NCBI GenBank assembly: GCA_963799485.1
Contig: CAWCXJ010000005.1
Span: 96,001-160,000 of the forward strand
Source of the DNA: an uncultured Trueperaceae bacterium
GTDB taxonomy: Bacteria > Deinococcota > Deinococci > Deinococcales > Trueperaceae
Direction: 5' to 3'
DNA: 64,000 nucleotides
Below, piece after piece: positions 62,329 through 64,000 of this stretch (within the stretch, counting starts at the first letter, position 1; every line of letters starts with the position of its first letter). Under the pieces are notes generated by a model. It ran no database searches. It had not been told where the DNA came from and saw only the letters and a list, made by a program, of their open reading frames with translations. The position numbers and the translations under genes were made by a program.

Positions 62329-64000
62329 GTTCCTTTTCAGACACCGTTTTAACCTTGAGCAGCGCGTAGACGCTCACCCCGACAATCGCCAGCACGGTAA
62401 TCTCGCCGAGTGTGTCGTAACCTCTAAAATCGACTAGAATCACGTTGACGACGTTGTAACCGCCGGCTCCCGCTTTGCTCTCGGTAAGAAAAAACCGCTG
62501 TAACCGTTCGCCGATAGGCGTCTGCACTGCTAACAGCGCCCCAAAGACCGTCAAACCGACTGCGCCGGAAAGCGCAGCGTCGAAAAAAGAAGCGCGCCGC
62601 GAGCGGCGGTAACGGGTCAGTCTGGGCAGGTAGCGAAACACCGAGACGAACAAGATGACGGTCACGGTTTCGATTAGCAGCTGCGTCAGGGCGAGGTCGG
62701 GGGCGCGGAGTGCGACGAACAGCAAAACAAGCGACAACCCGGCCAAACCGGAAAAAATCAGCGCTGAAACCCGCGCCTGGGCAATGATGACGCCGTAGGT
62801 GCTACCCGCGACCAATAAGGCAGCGGCGAGAAACTCGAGCGGTACCGGGCTCAGGTTTTGCGGCAAATACGCGCCTAGACCGACAAAGGCAAACCCCACC
62901 CCGAGCAGCGCGACCGGCAGCCACAACACCCGCAGTTGTGCGGCGAAGGTGGCGTTTTGGGTTCTGGCGGTGGCAAAACGGGCGGTGCGCTCGAGGCCGC
63001 CCATCAGCGCGTAATATACCGTGTTGGCGTTCCACGAGGGTGTCAACACCTCTTGCAGTCGACCGAACGGACCTATGAGCGCAAAAAGCACGATCCCGGC
63101 TCCCCACGTCCAGAACGACAAGATGAGCATCGGATTAAAACCGTGCCAGAGATAGAGCGCTTCGGGTTCGAACCCGAGTGCCGGCGCCGCAAGCGCCACA
63201 ACCGGCGTCGCCAAAGTTGCCTGCCACGGAAAAACGCCGAAAAGCACGACGAGGACGCTCAGCAGCGCAGGTGGTAAGAGCATCCACAGGGGCGCTTCGT
63301 GCACGTTGGGGCGGTGACAGCGGTACGGCCCGACGAATACCCTTAAAAACTTGAGGCTGTACGCAAAAGTCATCACACTGCCGACGACCGCGAGCGCAAT
63401 CGGCAACGTCCCGCTACGCAGCATCTCCTCATAAAACAGCTCTTTGGAGATAAAGCCGCCGAACGGAGGCAGGCCCGCCATCGACAGCGCTGCCGGAACT
63501 GCAATCAGAAACGTCCAGGGTAGTTTGCGGGCAAGCCCCGACAGTTCACGGATGCTGCGGCTGCCCGTTTCGTGGTCGATGCTGCCGACGACCAGAAAGA
63601 GCGCCGCCTTAAACGTGGCGTGGTTTATCAGCTGCGCGGTCGCCGCAAGCGGATAGCCCGCGCCGTAAAGCGCTGTTAAAAGCCCGAGCTGTGAAACCGT
63701 CGAATAAGCCAAAAGTGCCTTGAGGTCGTCTTGTTTAAGCGCCAGATACGAGCCCCAGACCATCGTCACGAGCCCCAGGTAGAGCAGCCCGTCCGACCAT
63801 GCGCTCAGCACGAACAGCGGCGCGAACTTGGCTAAGAGGACGATACCGGCTTTGACCATCGTCGCCGAGTGCAGGTACGCCGAGATCGGCGTGGGCGCTT
63901 CCATGGCAGTCGGCAGCCAGATATAAAAGGGAAACTGCGCCGATTTGGTCAGTGCGGCAAAGAGCAAGAGCGCGAGCGCCGGGACAAACGACGAACTCTG
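62312..64000 (-). CDS. mnhA: Mrp Na+/H+ antiporter subunit A, 5' end beyond the window
   Basis: KSAQFPFYIWLPTAMEAPTPISAYLHSATMVKAG, APDLALTQ, NVILVDFRGYDTLGE. Confidence 0.95.
   Translation of the reverse strand, partial: QSSSFVPALALLLFAALTKSAQFPFYIWLPTAMEAPTPISAYLHSATMVKAGIVLLAKFAPLFVLSAWSDGLLYLGLVTMVWGSYLALKQDDLKALLAYSTVSQLGLLTALYGAGYPLAATAQLINHATFKAALFLVVGSIDHETGSRSIRELSGLARKLPWTFLIAVPAALSMAGLPPFGGFISKELFYEEMLRSGTLPIALAVVGSVMTFAYSLKFLRVFVGPYRCHRPNVHEAPLWMLLPPALLSVLVVLFGVFPWQATLATPVVALAAPALGFEPEALYLWHGFNPMLILSFWTWGAGIVLFALIGPFGRLQEVLTPSWNANTVYYALMGGLERTARFATARTQNATFAAQLRVLWLPVALLGVGFAFVGLGAYLPQNLSPVPLEFLAAALLVAGSTYGVIIAQARVSALIFSGLAGLSLVLLFVALRAPDLALTQLLIETVTVILFVSVFRYLPRLTRYRRSRRASFFDAALSGAVGLTVFGALLAVQTPIGERLQRFFLTESKAGAGGYNVVNVILVDFRGYDTLGEITVLAIVGVSVYALLKVKTVSEKERDEHD

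Overview
A roughly 60% GC bacterial chromosomal window. Gene content (Thermus-type V/A-ATPase operon, short ClpC, 7Fe ferredoxin, valS T-box, leaderless genes) points to Deinococcota, probably Trueperaceae-like; this is an inference. Core genes: V/A-ATPase K(partial)-E-C-F-A-B-D, an Aap/Bzt amino-acid ABC transporter, rimO, glyQS, clpC, mgtE, folC, thrS, guaA, Mrp/ApbC, valS, pstSCAB, a Pcs-like enzyme, copZ, a Crp/Fnr regulator and an Mrp (mnhA-G) Na+/H+ antiporter. Two decayed IS elements (IS5- and IS1-family) and several gene remnants are present. Most notable observations: (1) a stand-alone microbial rhodopsin with the rare DTK motif, no helix-B His and a possible carotenoid-antenna fenestration Gly; (2) two short DNA words that look strongly over-represented, the palindrome CTCGAG (about 100 copies, often at the edges of gene remnants) and the non-palindromic TTTTACGG/CCGTAAAA (25 copies counted, in several frames and in an inverted pair), suggestive of a HIP-like recombination signal and an uptake-sequence-like signal; (3) 27-nt in-frame hairpin insertions beside catalytic Asp residues in two unrelated transposases; (4) ABC permeases with large extracytoplasmic inserts, one with SdrD-B-like Ca2+ loops; (5) a candidate structured RNA between glyQ and clpC. 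All counts and alignments were done by eye, and some frameshifts may be sequencing errors.
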